Source: a virus (lineage: Duplodnaviria > Caudoviricetes). Taken from it: DNA of 64,000 bases. The position numbers were made by a program, and so were the translations under genes. The DNA is taken from positions 64,001-128,000 of the IMG/VR virus record IMGVR_UViG_3300035498_000877. One strand, written 5' to 3'. Below, piece after piece: positions 62,020 to 64,000 of the stretch. The notes under the pieces are model-generated. The model worked only from the letters and a program-made list of their open reading frames with translations, was not told where the DNA came from and ran no database searches. The first letter of the stretch is position 1. Every line of letters begins with the position of its first letter.

Positions 62020-63999
62020 TTAAAGTTCTTTAATTGTATAATAAGCTTTGTTGGTTCTATATACAAGTTGACATGGAGAATTAGAAGCATACCAGTTATC
62101 ACCCAATGAGAATTCTGCAACAACACTTGTACTAGTTGTTGAGATTGTTGCTGAATATGTTGCTGGAATAATTGTTCCATCACCCATCTTAAGACCCCAG
62201 CAATTTGTATTAGTTGCAAAATCAACAGTAATATCATTTGCTTGCTGACTGAAGTTAATAGTAATCCATGCTCTATTAACATTTCCAGATGTTGATATAC
62301 CACCAGAACCTTGAGTGGTAACACCATTATATCCAGATAGTTTATTTATAACCGTTTCGTCGCTAGTATCTTCAGCTGGATTTGGGTTAGCCCCAATAGT
62401 GAGTCCACCATTAACAAGTAATCCAGTACCAGGAACAGGATTGATCAATCTCCAATATGTTCCATCAAATACAAATACATGAGTGAAATTCTTTCCAATC
62501 ATATAATTTGATACTGCTTCGCCAGCATATATAACTTTTGCTGCTCCAGTTCCATTGACATCCAACGTAGTATTATTATCTTTTCCACTTCTATCTTCTT
62601 CATCAAATGTTAATGAAACAGTACTACCAATTTGACGAATAAATACAACTGGATCCATATAAGTTGAAACCAATGTTGCAATCTTAGCAGCTGTATATTT
62701 ATCAGTATGACAATAACCTTTTGCAACACCAACAGCATTTCTACGTACCCACTCAGAAGATACAATTGAGTTAGAATTATCAGAGTCTTTTAATGTCTGA
62801 ATACCTGTTGGATTTTCAAGGTTCCAATTAGTTCCATCATATGTGAAAAGATAAGTATAACCAGCTCTTATCATCTCTGATAAAATATTCATTCCACCAT
62901 ACTTAATAGGCTTAGGTCCTGAACTCTCAAGGTCAGGAATATCAAGATAATAAGTATCACCAGTTTTACCATTTGCACTATCAGCTTGTTCTTTAATCGC
63001 ATCTTTACTAAATGTGATTGATACTGTAGATCCTTGCTGCATCATAAATACTGCAGGTTTAACAAACCTCATATCAAGTACTACTGTCTTTATTTTTACA
63101 TCTGTATCAGTATCACATCTACCAAATGCAACACCAACAGCATTACGTCTAACCCATTCAGTAGTTGCAATTCTATTATCATTAGAATCATCTGGAGCTA
63201 TAACAGCTCTTGGTTCTCCAGTCATTTCATACTGATTATGTTCAACATCAGGCCAATGAATAGGAGCACGAGAAATATCAGTAGGATGCCTATGATCTCC
63301 TCTAGCATAATATCCATCATCTGTACCCTTAGAAGGAGATCCATCCATCAATGGTTCAACATCAGTTGCTCTGGTATGTCCAAATACTGATACCGTTGCT
63401 CTACCAAATGTAGATCCAGAAGGAGATGTATGAACTCTAGGAGCTTTAATCTCATCTAAATATCTACCCATATTAGCTGATAATGCTGCTAATGAATCAG
63501 TAGAGTCCAGATTATCTATAACCTCAAGTCCTTCCATATCATTAATGATTTGAATGACATCGTCAATATCAGCTTTCTTAGCATTCAATATTCTACCTTG
63601 ATTTGCTGATAATGGTCTATCAGTCTCATATGATATAAGATTATCAATTACGGTATTATGAACATATTCAGTTGTAGCTATTCTGGTAGATACATCAGTT
63701 GCATTCTGTGTTGTTGTAGTAGGTGATCCTTTTAGATGTACTGACTGAGCAATTTCTGTTTCCGTAATTGAATTAGGAACAATAGTTGCTTTGATAGTAC
63801 ATGTATCCTGATCAACTTCTACATTGACATTAGTACTTAATGAACCCATATAAATTCTAATAAGTGAAGATAGATCTACTCTACGTTCACTTCCATCTGG
63901 CAATACGAGTACTAATTGATTTTCAGCTCTATCACAATATGTCTTCTCAAATATCTCAGCAATTGGGACATGTACTTCTAATAATGACCCATCTCTATA
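62020..63999 (-). CDS. Tail fibre protein (5'-truncated by window end)
   Basis: Frame is open to the window end; G.PT..T...IATTEYV, LSANQG/LSANMG, ARGDHRHP fibre motifs; internal duplication EWVRRNAVGVA. Confidence 0.75.
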   Translation of the reverse strand, partial: YRDGSLLEVHVPIAEIFEKTYCDRAENQLVLVLPDGSERRVDLSSLIRIYMGSLSTNVNVEVDQDTCTIKATIVPNSITETEIAQSVHLKGSPTTTTQNATDVSTRIATTEYVHNTVIDNLISYETDRPLSANQGRILNAKKADIDDVIQIINDMEGLEVIDNLDSTDSLAALSANMGRYLDEIKAPRVHTSPSGSTFGRATVSVFGHTRATDVEPLMDGSPSKGTDDGYYARGDHRHPTDISRAPIHWPDVEHNQYEMTGEPRAVIAPDDSNDNRIATTEWVRRNAVGVAFGRCDTDTDVKIKTVVLDMRFVKPAVFMMQQGSTVSITFSKDAIKEQADSANGKTGDTYYLDIPDLESSGPKPIKYGGMNILSEMIRAGYTYLFTYDGTNWNLENPTGIQTLKDSDNSNSIVSSEWVRRNAVGVAKGYCHTDKYTAAKIATLVSTYMDPVVFIRQIGSTVSLTFDEEDRSGKDNNTTLDVNGTGAAKVIYAGEAVSNYMIGKNFTHVFVFDGTYWRLINPVPGTGLLVNGGLTIGANPNPAEDTSDETVINKLSGYNGVTTQGSGGISTSGNVNRAWITINFSQQANDITVDFATNTNCWGLKMGDGTIIPATYSATISTTSTSVVAEFSLGDNWYASNSPCQLVYRTNKAYYTIKEL

Positions 64000-64000
64000 T

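Noticed and set aside
8000-63390. Many short ORF-track entries overlapping long genes (e.g. 8000-8203, 20835-21191, 59054-59368, 61869-62327, 63034-63390)
   Set aside because: Antisense or shifted-frame shadows of real genes with no SD or motifs.
1-64000. Alternative genetic code explaining the broken RNAP genes
   Set aside because: TAG and TGA end normal genes, coding density is high under code 11, and the breaks are explained by group I introns.
1-64000. tRNA, rRNA, cas genes, chimallin or PhuZ, uracil-DNA markers
   Set aside because: None recognised by eye in this window; nucleus formation and dU-DNA cannot be inferred here.

Overview
AT-rich window of a jumbo bacteriophage genome. The gene content is phiKZ/AR9-like: split multisubunit RNA polymerase subunits, portal, chaperonin, SbcD, RusA, baseplate wedge, holin and fibre/adhesin genes. 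Strong AGGAG ribosome-binding sites and an LL-H holin point to a Firmicutes host (inference). Highlights read from the sequence: (1) A diversity-generating retroelement (DGR): RT 2036-3199, TR 3376-3485 and VR1 3994-4103, with 13/13 mismatches at TR adenines, and no visible avd gene. (2) A second, remote VR (45216-45296) sits in a deleted gene inside a perfect 95-bp inverted repeat. Its mismatches suggest the TR itself has lost adenines. (3) A dispersed family of fibre/receptor-binding genes shares an MS(N/K)KY(L/I/A)G start and a copied leader. Two carry G9 tracts, one in frame and one out of frame. (4) Four group I introns interrupt three RNAP subunit genes. One carries a DUF3307-like membrane-protein ORF instead of a homing endonuclease and has an apparently non-canonical 5' splice site. 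(5) A radical-SAM/U32 operon follows the tail-fibre genes and is led by a protein ending in CHxx repeats. A separate Cxxx-repeat-type rSAM maturase has a mini-intein inside its CxxxCxxC motif. Family names are recognised from motifs by eye; no database searches were run.
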